Below are positions 56,040 through 64,000 of a DNA stretch of 64,000 nt, piece after piece. The position numbers were made by a program, and so were the translations under genes. The DNA lies in assembly GCA_032654565.1 (NCBI GenBank), contig JAULAX010000017.1, forward strand, positions 512,001-576,000, given 5' to 3'. Below the pieces are notes generated by a model, which was given only the letters and a program-made list of their open reading frames with translations, ran no database searches and was not told the origin of the DNA. This DNA comes from Anaeromyxobacteraceae bacterium (GTDB lineage: Bacteria; Myxococcota; Myxococcia; Myxococcales; Anaeromyxobacteraceae). Position 1 is the first letter of the stretch; every line of letters begins with the position of its first letter.

Positions 56040-57319
56040 CCCTGCCACTCCTTTCGCAGCTGCTCCAGCCGCTCCGTGTACAGCGGCGCGAACCGCTGCG
56101 GTCGCACCGCCAGCACCAGCCGGTCCCCCTGCACGAAGACGCCGGTGTCGACCGGCACCACCGTGAACATCAGGACCACGCCGGCGATCACCAGCGAGAC
56201 CCCGGCGAAGAACCCAAGCCGGCTGGGATCCTGCGCCCCCTTCAGGTCCACCGTCCAGGAGAAGCCCTCCAGCCGGAGCCGCTCCCCCTCGCCGATCTCC
56301 ACCTCGTCGCCGGTGCCGGCCAGGCCGTAGCCGAGCAGCCCGCCGTCCTTGAGCGCCCGGACGTGGAGCCCCTGCGGGCGGCCCCCTCGGGCGTCGCCCT
56401 GCAGCCGGACCTCGCGCCCGTCGTCGGTCTTGAAGCGGCCGCGCACCTCGTCGCCGGCCGGGTGGAGCACCACCTGCCGCTCCACCTCGCCGGCGGCCGA
56501 GATGACCCGGCACTGGACCACCGCGCCGTAGCTGGAGGTGATGTAGAGGGTCCGCCCGGCCCCGACGTCGAGGGGAGTGTTGATGGCCAGGTCGCGCACC
56601 GGCGCCGCCTCGCCCTCCCCCAGCGCCACGCTGGCCTCCACCTGCAGCAGCGAGCTGTTGGGGTAGAGGGTCGGGCGGATCTCGCGGATCTGCAGCGGCT
56701 GCGGCAGGGCGAAGGGGGCGGAGAGCCGGCCGCCGCGCTGGGCGGGGAAGACCTCCGGGCCGGTGCCGAGCACCTGCCCCTCGGCCACGCGGACCATGGC
56801 GTCGCGGAACCAGAGCAGGCGGACCGGGGCGAAGGCCACGGCGACCAGCAGGCCGAGGTGGAAGATGGGGGAGCCGAGCAGGCCGAGCCGGCCGGAGCGC
56901 GTGAGGAGCGGCGCCTCCGGAACCCGGCGGCACCCGGCCAGCGGCAGCTCCAGCCGGAGCGGCGCGGCGGCCAGGCTGGCCAGCAACGGCGCGGCGCCGA
57001 AGGTGCGCCCGACCCGCCGCCACTGCTCCACCTGGACGGCCAGCAGGGAGACGAAGGCCAGCGCCACGATGGCCAGGAACCACCAGCTGGTGGTCACCTC
57101 GTGGAGCCCGAGGGCGCCGGCCAGCGGGGCCAGGCGCGGCCAGCCGGTGCGGAAACGCTCGATGGCCTCGGCGTCGGGCACCTGCGGCACCGAGGCCGCC
57201 AGCCCGGCGCCGACCGCCAGCGAACCGACCGCCGAGAGGATCAGCACCGGCCGCCGCAGCAGGGCGACGGCCGACCGCCAGGCCTGGCTGGCGCGACCCT
57301 GGGAGGTGGAGGTGGTCAC
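56036..57319 (-). CDS. resB: Cytochrome c biogenesis protein ResB/CcsB
   Basis: ASVPQ, LGLHEVTTSWWF, GSPIFHLGLL, INTPL, QDPS...G...IAGVVLMF; adjacent to ccsA. Confidence 0.85.
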   Translation of the reverse strand: MTTSTSQGRASQAWRSAVALLRRPVLILSAVGSLAVGAGLAASVPQVPDAEAIERFRTGWPRLAPLAGALGLHEVTTSWWFLAIVALAFVSLLAVQVEQWRRVGRTFGAAPLLASLAAAPLRLELPLAGCRRVPEAPLLTRSGRLGLLGSPIFHLGLLVAVAFAPVRLLWFRDAMVRVAEGQVLGTGPEVFPAQRGGRLSAPFALPQPLQIREIRPTLYPNSSLLQVEASVALGEGEAAPVRDLAINTPLDVGAGRTLYITSSYGAVVQCRVISAAGEVERQVVLHPAGDEVRGRFKTDDGREVRLQGDARGGRPQGLHVRALKDGGLLGYGLAGTGDEVEIGEGERLRLEGFSWTVDLKGAQDPSRLGFFAGVSLVIAGVVLMFTVVPVDTGVFVQGDRLVLAVRPQRFAPLYTERLEQLRKEWQG

Positions 57320-57323
57320 GGGG
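57250..57323. repeat. Direct repeat copy 1 (5' end of resB)
   Basis: First 35 bp identical to 58011-58045; the remainder aligns with a few substitutions and a 1-bp indel. Confidence 0.9.
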
Positions 57324-57361
57324 TGCGGATCTTACCGAAGTACCGGGAGCGGCGCAGGGGC

Positions 57362-57739
57362 TCACCCCCACCTGGCGCTGGGGCAGTGGGCGAGGATGGT
57401 CTCGTCCGCGGTGAGGAGGACGCTTCCCTGGGCCAGCGCGTGCGCCGCGATCAGCCGGTCGAACGGGTCGCGCGTCCAGGCGAGCGCCCGGGCGTGCCGG
57501 CCGATCTCCCTCGGGTCTCCCAGGGCCTCCTCGACGCCGTGGTCCTCGAAGAGGATGTCGAGCACCTCCTCGACCGGCTCGCGAACCCGGCCGAGCTCGA
57601 AGAGGATCTGCAGCTCGACGATCGCGATGGAGGAGAGGAACAGGGACCCGTGGCGAAGCTCCTTCTCGACGGGTCGAAGCCTGCGCCGTTCGCCGGCGAC
57701 CATCCAGAGCGCGACGTGCGTGTCGAGGTGGTAGTTCAC
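57362..57739 (-). CDS. vapC: VapC/PIN-domain toxin
   Basis: LDTHVALW, SSIAIVE, RDPFDRLIAAHA, LLTAD; GTGA overlap with the antitoxin. Confidence 0.9.
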   Translation of the reverse strand: MNYHLDTHVALWMVAGERRRLRPVEKELRHGSLFLSSIAIVELQILFELGRVREPVEEVLDILFEDHGVEEALGDPREIGRHARALAWTRDPFDRLIAAHALAQGSVLLTADETILAHCPSARWG

Positions 57740-57969
57740 GGCCCTGGCCGCGAGTTCCAGGGCCACTCGACGTGAATCAGGGCGTCTGGGTCTCCCGCGA
57801 TGAGGTTGGGGAGCGTCCGGGGGGCCCGCCTCTTCCTCGGGGCCTTGCGCTTCCGGACGATGGACAGCTCGACACCGCCACGCACCACCTCGACCGGCTT
57901 CCCGGTCCTGGCGACCTGGTCGAGGACTTCGTAGAGGTGGGCCCGGAGGTCGGTCGCGGTGCGCTTCAT
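57736..57969 (-). CDS. Phd/YefM-family antitoxin
   Basis: MKRTATDLRAHLYEVLDQVARTGKPVEVVRGG. Confidence 0.88.
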   Translation of the reverse strand: MKRTATDLRAHLYEVLDQVARTGKPVEVVRGGVELSIVRKRKAPRKRRAPRTLPNLIAGDPDALIHVEWPWNSRPGP

Positions 57970-57976
57970 GTCCCCG

Positions 57977-58005
57977 AAGGTAAGACGCGTACGTACGTTC
58001 GTCAA
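57977..58005 (-). promoter_or_regulatory. TA operon promoter with operator palindrome
   Basis: Minus strand TTGACG-17 bp-TACCTT, 7 nt before the ATG; palindrome CGTACGTACG (57988-57997) in the spacer. Confidence 0.7.
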
Positions 58006-58010
58006 GCCCA

Positions 58011-58083
58011 GCCGCCGCAGCAGGGCGACGGCCGACCGCCAGGCCGGATGGCGCGAGGCTGGGAGGTGGGGGTGGTCACGGGG
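58011..58083. repeat. Direct repeat copy 2 (frameshifted relic of the resB 5' end)
   Basis: Matches 57250-57323 including the GTG start region; 1 bp shorter. Confidence 0.9.
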
Positions 58084-58115
58084 ACCCGGATGATGACCGG
58101 GGCCGGCGAGGAGTG

Positions 58116-58145
58116 CTCCCCCCCCCCCGGGGGGGGGGGGGGGAG
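58116..58145. other. C11-G15 homopolymer hairpin
   Basis: CT-C11-G15-AG, 18 bp past the stop of the second giant cytochrome. Confidence 0.6.
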
Positions 58146-58162
58146 TCAGGGGTGCAGGGGGG

Positions 58163-61100
58163 TTACCAGGCTTCGGTGGGCGTGGCGCTGGTGTGCTGGT
58201 TGCAGCCCGCGATGTCGTTGAAGTTGGCGCTGCCGTAGCCGGTGGTGGGGTTGGTCCCCTTGGCGAAGAAGTCGAGGACCGGGACGGCGCCGGTGACCTT
58301 GTAGCGAGCCGGCGCGTTGGTGGTGATCATGAGCCGGCTCACCTTTCCGCCGTGCGGGACGCGGATGTGGCACTTGACGCACTCCCAGTCTGCGGAGTGG
58401 TTGTTCTTTCCACCGTACTGCCCGTGCATCCAGTTCGAGCCGGTGGTGCTGGAGGTGTACATGCGCGGGTGGCAGTTGCGGCAGAACATGCCGTTGACGG
58501 TCCCGATGCCGGTCTCGGTGGTGGGCAGGTTGAAGAGCGTCCCGCTGGTGGCGCCGGCGGTGGTGAAGGGCCAGGCCCGGTTGACGCCGGTCAGCATGTA
58601 CTTGACGGCCGAGCCGTGCGGACCCTGCGCCGCCGGGCTCACCGCGTCGGCGCCGTGGCAGTCGGTGCAGCTCATCACCGAGCCCGGGGTCCAGCCGTTG
58701 ATGAGCTGGGTGGCGGCCAGTTGGTTGGAGCCGGCGACGCCGGGATCGACCGCCGGGAGCGCGCCGATGACCGGATGGTAGGACTGGTTGGTGGGGCTGA
58801 ACTCCAGCGCCAGATCGGTGAAGTCGGCGCTCCAGGTGGCCAGCGCGGTGTTGGCCGAGGAGTGGCACTTGAAGCAGACCTGCCACTCGGCGTTGGCCGC
58901 CGGGAGGGCGGTGGTGCTCCCCGCCACCGGGCTGAAGGTGCTGGCGGTCCAGTTGGTGGCCGGCCAGGTGGGCACGTCCACGCCGGTCGCCCCGGTCATG
59001 GCCGCCGGCGGCGGCGTGATGGAGAAGCGGCTGGCGGTGGTGAGCGCCGTGGTCCAGGCGGGGGTGACGGTGAGCGCGGTGGCGGTGTTGGCGGTGATGG
59101 TCCGCACCTGGCCGATGCCGGGCCCCTCGACGATGCGGACCCGGCCGCCGACGTAGGCGTTGACGGGGAAGCCGGTGGTCAGGGCCGGCGCCGGGGTCAG
59201 CGTGGTGGCGCCGATGGCGGCGGCCGCCGAGAGGCCGGAGCGGCCGTCGAGGTGGAGCCGGTAGCTGGACCCGAGCGGCGGGCTGAGCGCGGCCGGGGTG
59301 GCCGCGAAGTTCATCAGGCCGGGGGTGAAGGTGAGCTGGGTGGCGGTGTTGGAGGTGACCAGCGCCCGCACCTGGCCCGCGGCGGTCCCGGTACCGGTCC
59401 CGGTGATGAAGACCGTGTAGCCGGCCCACTGGTTGGTGGTCCAGGCGCGGGTGGTGTCGTTGAGCGTGGTGTTGGAGGTGCTCGCCGCCGAGGCGATGCT
59501 GGCGTCGGGCGCGGCGCGCCGGGCCTGGTGCGGATCGTGGCAGTCGGTGCACTCCACGTGCTTGTTGGCGGCGATCCGCTGCAGGTGCTCGTCGGCCGGG
59601 TTGGGCAGGTGGAGGCCGGAGTAGGCCGCGACGTCGTGGCGGCCGGATCCGGCGACGGCCGGGATGCTGAAGTTCATCGAGGCGGGGAGCGTCAGCCGCG
59701 ACTGCTCGGAGCCGTTCCAGTAGAAGGTGGCGGTCCCGTTGACGGCGCTCGGGCGGGAGACCTCGAGCTCGAGCACGAACCGGTCACCCACCGCAAACGT
59801 CGCGGCCGTGGTGTTTGTGAAGCTGATGGTCTCGGTGAACGGCGTCGTCGCCACGCCGTTCCCGAGCTCGGTGGCCGAGCTGGTGGCGGCCAGCATGGTG
59901 GTCCCCAGCGCATCCGCCGTCGTCCAACGATAGAGCGCATAGCGCACCACTCCGTTGAAGGTGGCGATGCTCTCGGCGTGCTGGAGGGTGATGGAGAACG
60001 CTGACCCCGCCGCCACCGTCACTCCGGTCGCCAGCCTCGGCGAGGCGAACTGCATCATCCGGACGAAGCGCGGGGTGGTGGCGGAGGTCGTCGTGTTGGC
60101 AAACGAGGTCTGCGCCGTCCCGGCCACGCCGGGCGTCATCATGAAGGACTGGAAGGCCGTCGTGCCGGTGTAGGTGCCGCTGGCGAGCTGGAAGGCGTTG
60201 GGCATGGGCTCGTCGGCGGTGGCGGAGTTGCGGAAGTAGAGCACCGAGCCGGAGCTGGTCGACCCGGCGGACCCCGCCGTCCCCTTCTGCATGGCCGCGA
60301 AGACGCTGGTGGAGCCACCGGACATGGTGGTGAAGGCGCCGAACCAGTCGCTGGCGGTGGTGACCTTGGCAGGGCCGCCGCCGGGGGTGGTGTCGGTGGA
60401 GGCCGAGTGGCACCGGTAGCAGGACTTCTCCTCCAGGTTGTCGGCCGGCGCGGCGATCCCCATGGGGTTGAGGAGCCGGCGGTCGACGTTGGTGTGGAGG
60501 GCGAACTTGTTGGTCCCCCCCTGGTACTGCGGGTAGCCGGCGGCGGGGCCGTCGGAGTGGCACTTGGTGCAGTTGGCGAGGATCAGCGAGTTGCCGCTGG
60601 TGATGGCGCCGGCCACCGTGTACTGGTGCATCGAGGCCAGGTAGCCGTTGCCGTCCACCACGTGGGTGGCGGTGGTGCCGTCGCTCTTCTGCGCCGTGGT
60701 GCTCTTGGCGAGCGAGGTGGCGTGGCAGGAGAGGCAGATGCCGGCCGTGCCGGAGAAGTCGGTGTTGGTGAAGTTGGCCGTCAGCGTCGGGGCCACGGTG
60801 ATGGAGGTCCGCAGGTTGGCGCCGCGCCCGATGGTGTTGTTGGGGGCCCCCTGCTTGAAGACGTCGTGGTCGGCGTGGCAGTTGAGGCAGGCCTTGCCGG
60901 CGCTGGTGACCGGGTAGGTCTGGAAGGTGCCGGTCTCGGCGCTCATCACGTGGTGGTAGACGCCGGTGCCGCCCACCATCTGGCTGTAGAGGGCCCCGGT
61001 GGCGGCGTCGTCCTTGTGGCAGTTGAGGCAGGGGGTGGCCCCCGAGGACTCACCGCCGTCGAGGTTCCCGTTGATGTGGGAGAGGGCATTGACGGCCGCG

Positions 61101-64000
61101 ATGGCGCTGGCGGCGGTCGGCGCGGTGGCGGTGTAGCCGGGGTGGCAGCTGCCGCAGAGGGCGTTGGCCGGGTGGCTGGTGCCGGACGGCGGCAGGCCGT
61201 GGCAGGAGCCGCACTGGGCCTGCGCCGTCACCCCGTTCCAGGCCGGTGCCTTGACCTGGACCACCGGCGTGGCGGCGGTGTCGCCGTTCTTGGGGTTGTG
61301 GCAGTAGGTGCTGGAGCAGGTGGGCTGGGCGTAGGCCGCGGTCTTGGTCTCGAAGGTGGTGGCGGCGGCCAGGTTGCCCCAGGCGATGGTGGCCCGCGCC
61401 GTCGAGGTGCCGGTGCCGGTGGCATGGCTGGTGTCGGTGTCGCTGGACGGCAGCGCGTGGCACTCGATGCAGGCGATGGGGGTGGAGCGCCAGCGCGGGG
61501 TGTTGCCCGCGCCGTTGCCGACCAGGTGGGCCTCATGGGCGCCGACGCCGAGGGTGGAGGTGGCGGTGGCGCCGGTGGTGTCGGCCGAGGTGGCGGTGCC
61601 GGTGGCGCCGGGGGCGGCCTTGAGGGTGTTGGTGGTCAGGGTCACCAGCAGGTCGGCGCGCTCGCCGTGGCAGGCGGTGCAGCCGCCGGTGGACTTGGTG
61701 ACCAGGCCGTCCACGTGGGTGGCCGCCACCACCGCGCCGGAGCTGTAGCCGGTGTGACAGCTGGCGCAGGTGGTGTTCTGCGGGTGCGGGTAGGTCGGCT
61801 GCGGCGCCGCCACCGACTGCCCGTGGCAGCCGTTGCAGGCCAGCTTGACCAGCGTGCCGTTGCCCCAGGCGATGGGGTTGGCCCCCAGGCCGCCGCTGAA
61901 GCTGCCGTGGCAGTAGGTGCTCGAGCAGGTGTGGCTGGCCGCGGTGTAGGACGGCGTGGCCCCGCCGGCGACGGCGACGTTGCCCCAGGCCATGTCGACG
62001 CTGCCGCTGGAGTGGAGGGCCGCAGCCGGGACGGTGTGGCAGTTGGCGCAGCGGAGGGCGCTGGACAAGGCAGGCGCGGTCGCCCCCTGGTTGACGTGCT
62101 GCAGGTGGGCGCCGACCTGGTTGCTGCCGGTGAGCAGGCCGGCGGTGTCCTTGGGCGGAGAGGAGAGGACCAGCCGCGCGGTGCCGAGCGGGTCGAGCTC
62201 GGTGGCCGTGCCGGCCGCCACCCGCGCCGCGTCGCCGTGGCAGGAGGTGCAGGTCATGGGGATGACGTCGAGCGCGCCGTTGACGTGGGTCGCCAGGTTC
62301 ACCGTGGTGCTGGTGTAGCCGGTGTGGCAGCTGCCGCAGGCGGCGGCCGGGAACGGGTGCGAGCCGACGGGCTCGGAGGCGGTGGCCCCGGCGCTGCGGC
62401 CGTGGCAGCCGTTGCAGGTGATGCCGGGGGCATTCCAGGCGATGGTGGCCTTGGCGCCGTTCTTGAACTGGCCGTGGCAGTAGGTGGAGGCGCAGCTGCC
62501 GGCGGCGGCGCCGTAGGCTCCCGAGGTCGAGCCGGTGTAGGTGGGCGCGACAACCTCGTTGTTGAAGGAGGCGCCGACGCCACGGGCCAGCGTGCCCCAG
62601 GTGAGCGTGGCCCGGCTGCCGCTGGTGCTGACGCCGGTGGCGTGGGTGGTGTCGGTGTCGCTGATCGGGAGCGCGTGGCACTCGGTGCAGGCCACCGGCC
62701 CCCGGTAGATGGTGGTGCTCAGGTGGTGGACGTGGGCGCCGACGCCCGGCGCGGTGGTCGCGGTCGCGCCGGTGGTGTCCATGGAGTTGACGCCGCCGGT
62801 CTGGCCGGGGGCGGCGGCCGCCAGGTTGGCGGCCAGCGTGACGCCGGCGACGCTCAGGTCGCCGTGGCAGGCGGTGCAGCCCGCCGTGGTCCGGGTGAGC
62901 GTGCCGTCGATGTGCGTGGCCTTGTTGACCGCCGCCACCGCGTAGCCGGCTCCGTGGCAGAGGGCGCAGGCGGTGTTCTGGGGGTGGGTCTGGTTGGGCG
63001 TGGCCGAGAGGGCCGGCTGCGGCGCGGCCGCCGACTGGCCGTGGCAGGAGGCGCAGGTGAGCGCCCCGCCGGTCCAGGTGGCCAGCGGCTTGGCGGCGTT
63101 GGAGGGGAGGTTGGCGCCGTGGCAGGCGTTGGTGCAGGTGGGCGTCGCCTCCCAGGTGGTGGTGTAGGCGTTGAGGCCGGCGGCCGGCGTCGGGGCCACC
63201 ATGGTGGCCACGCCGTTGATGATGGTGTTGGTGGCCAGCACGCTCCAGGCGGCGTCGCTGGTGCCGTTGTGCGTGTTGGGGCTGGGGTGGCAGCTGGCGC
63301 AGGCCAGCGGGGCGGTCCGGTAGGTGGCCACGGTGCCGTTGCCGTTGACGTGCTTCTGGTGCGCCCCCACCTTGACGCCGGTGGTGGTGAGCTTGTCGGC
63401 GGCGGTGGGGGGGGCCGCGGCGGCGTTGGTGTCGCTGAGGGCGATGGCCGCGTAGGTCCCGGTCTTGTCGCCGTGGCAGGCGGTGCAGGAGGCCTTCAGC
63501 CCCTTGTCGTGGGCGTGGCAGGTGGTGCAGGCCTGGGTGGGATTGTGCGTGGTGAGCGTGCCGTTGGAGAGGTAGTAGCTGGTGCGGGTGTGGCAGACCT
63601 GGCAGACGCCGGTGCCGTCGCCGTTGGCATAGGCGGCGGCGCCGACGTTGGCGGCCCCGCCGGTGGCGCTGAAGCCGGTGGTCCGGTCGGAGAAGATCAC
63701 GGTGCGGGGTGGCAGCACGCCGTTGTAGCCCGGCGGCGTGATCTGCTTGCGGATCAGCTCGACGTTGGTGGTGCTGTGCGGGGTGTGGCAGTCGCGGCAG
63801 TCGGCGTGCCAGGAGCCGTAGGCGTTGCCCACCGCCTCGGCGGAGTGGGTCGGCAGGTTGTGGCAGTCGGTGCAGAGCTGGGCGCTGTTGTCGCGCACCA
63901 GCAGGTGGCCGTCCCCCTTGGGCGAGCCCGGGTTGCCGTCGTTGACGGTGACGCCGACCAGCCCGGAGAAGACGGTGCCGCCGGTGCTCACCGCGCAGGC
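58163..64000 (-). CDS. Second giant multiheme cytochrome c (5' end beyond the window), at least 34 heme motifs visible
   Basis: Frame open to base 64000; manual count 30 CxxCH plus 4 CX3-4CH; same repeats and C-terminal block as 40962..52034; ends EAW. Confidence 0.92.
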   Translation of the reverse strand, partial: ACAVSTGGTVFSGLVGVTVNDGNPGSPKGDGHLLVRDNSAQLCTDCHNLPTHSAEAVGNAYGSWHADCRDCHTPHSTTNVELIRKQITPPGYNGVLPPRTVIFSDRTTGFSATGGAANVGAAAYANGDGTGVCQVCHTRTSYYLSNGTLTTHNPTQACTTCHAHDKGLKASCTACHGDKTGTYAAIALSDTNAAAAPPTAADKLTTTGVKVGAHQKHVNGNGTVATYRTAPLACASCHPSPNTHNGTSDAAWSVLATNTIINGVATMVAPTPAAGLNAYTTTWEATPTCTNACHGANLPSNAAKPLATWTGGALTCASCHGQSAAAPQPALSATPNQTHPQNTACALCHGAGYAVAAVNKATHIDGTLTRTTAGCTACHGDLSVAGVTLAANLAAAAPGQTGGVNSMDTTGATATTAPGVGAHVHHLSTTIYRGPVACTECHALPISDTDTTHATGVSTSGSRATLTWGTLARGVGASFNNEVVAPTYTGSTSGAYGAAAGSCASTYCHGQFKNGAKATIAWNAPGITCNGCHGRSAGATASEPVGSHPFPAAACGSCHTGYTSTTVNLATHVNGALDVIPMTCTSCHGDAARVAAGTATELDPLGTARLVLSSPPKDTAGLLTGSNQVGAHLQHVNQGATAPALSSALRCANCHTVPAAALHSSGSVDMAWGNVAVAGGATPSYTAASHTCSSTYCHGSFSGGLGANPIAWGNGTLVKLACNGCHGQSVAAPQPTYPHPQNTTCASCHTGYSSGAVVAATHVDGLVTKSTGGCTACHGERADLLVTLTTNTLKAAPGATGTATSADTTGATATSTLGVGAHEAHLVGNGAGNTPRWRSTPIACIECHALPSSDTDTSHATGTGTSTARATIAWGNLAAATTFETKTAAYAQPTCSSTYCHNPKNGDTAATPVVQVKAPAWNGVTAQAQCGSCHGLPPSGTSHPANALCGSCHPGYTATAPTAASAIAAVNALSHINGNLDGGESSGATPCLNCHKDDAATGALYSQMVGGTGVYHHVMSAETGTFQTYPVTSAGKACLNCHADHDVFKQGAPNNTIGRGANLRTSITVAPTLTANFTNTDFSGTAGICLSCHATSLAKSTTAQKSDGTTATHVVDGNGYLASMHQYTVAGAITSGNSLILANCTKCHSDGPAAGYPQYQGGTNKFALHTNVDRRLLNPMGIAAPADNLEEKSCYRCHSASTDTTPGGGPAKVTTASDWFGAFTTMSGGSTSVFAAMQKGTAGSAGSTSSGSVLYFRNSATADEPMPNAFQLASGTYTGTTAFQSFMMTPGVAGTAQTSFANTTTSATTPRFVRMMQFASPRLATGVTVAAGSAFSITLQHAESIATFNGVVRYALYRWTTADALGTTMLAATSSATELGNGVATTPFTETISFTNTTAATFAVGDRFVLELEVSRPSAVNGTATFYWNGSEQSRLTLPASMNFSIPAVAGSGRHDVAAYSGLHLPNPADEHLQRIAANKHVECTDCHDPHQARRAAPDASIASAASTSNTTLNDTTRAWTTNQWAGYTVFITGTGTGTAAGQVRALVTSNTATQLTFTPGLMNFAATPAALSPPLGSSYRLHLDGRSGLSAAAAIGATTLTPAPALTTGFPVNAYVGGRVRIVEGPGIGQVRTITANTATALTVTPAWTTALTTASRFSITPPPAAMTGATGVDVPTWPATNWTASTFSPVAGSTTALPAANAEWQVCFKCHSSANTALATWSADFTDLALEFSPTNQSYHPVIGALPAVDPGVAGSNQLAATQLINGWTPGSVMSCTDCHGADAVSPAAQGPHGSAVKYMLTGVNRAWPFTTAGATSGTLFNLPTTETGIGTVNGMFCRNCHPRMYTSSTTGSNWMHGQYGGKNNHSADWECVKCHIRVPHGGKVSRLMITTNAPARYKVTGAVPVLDFFAKGTNPTTGYGSANFNDIAGCNQHTSATPTEAW

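Noticed and set aside
63989..63991. GTG at 63991 as the start of giant cytochrome 2
   Set aside because: The frame stays open to the window edge and no signal peptide follows, so the gene is 5'-truncated here.

Overview
A very GC-rich chromosomal window, most likely from an Anaeromyxobacter-like myxobacterium (inferred from gene content and codon style). The first ~16 kb holds housekeeping and accessory genes: a FlgT-like/LPP20-like pair, a glyoxalase pair, typA, a glycosyltransferase/methyltransferase cluster, a stand-alone rplC, a degenerate histidine kinase, an RpoH-family sigma factor and a hairpin MITE-like element. From ~16.1 kb to the right edge lies what looks like one large extracellular-electron-transfer locus. 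It contains a heme-c-bearing sensor kinase and a sigma-54 activator, two canonical sigma-54 promoters and a shared 16-bp enhancer-like palindrome. Structural and assembly genes include a 17-heme exported cytochrome, a PPIase, two NHL beta-propeller lipoproteins, an OmcE-like tetraheme candidate filament subunit with its own promoter and terminator, two outer-membrane barrel proteins and a 12-heme chimeric cytochrome. It also has protein-glycosylation genes, a ~3,690-aa lipoprotein with about 87 heme motifs, a dedicated System II maturation set (ccsA/resB) with a TA module inserted at the resB 5' end, and a second giant cytochrome cut by the window edge. All family calls come from motif recognition and manual counting; no searches were run.
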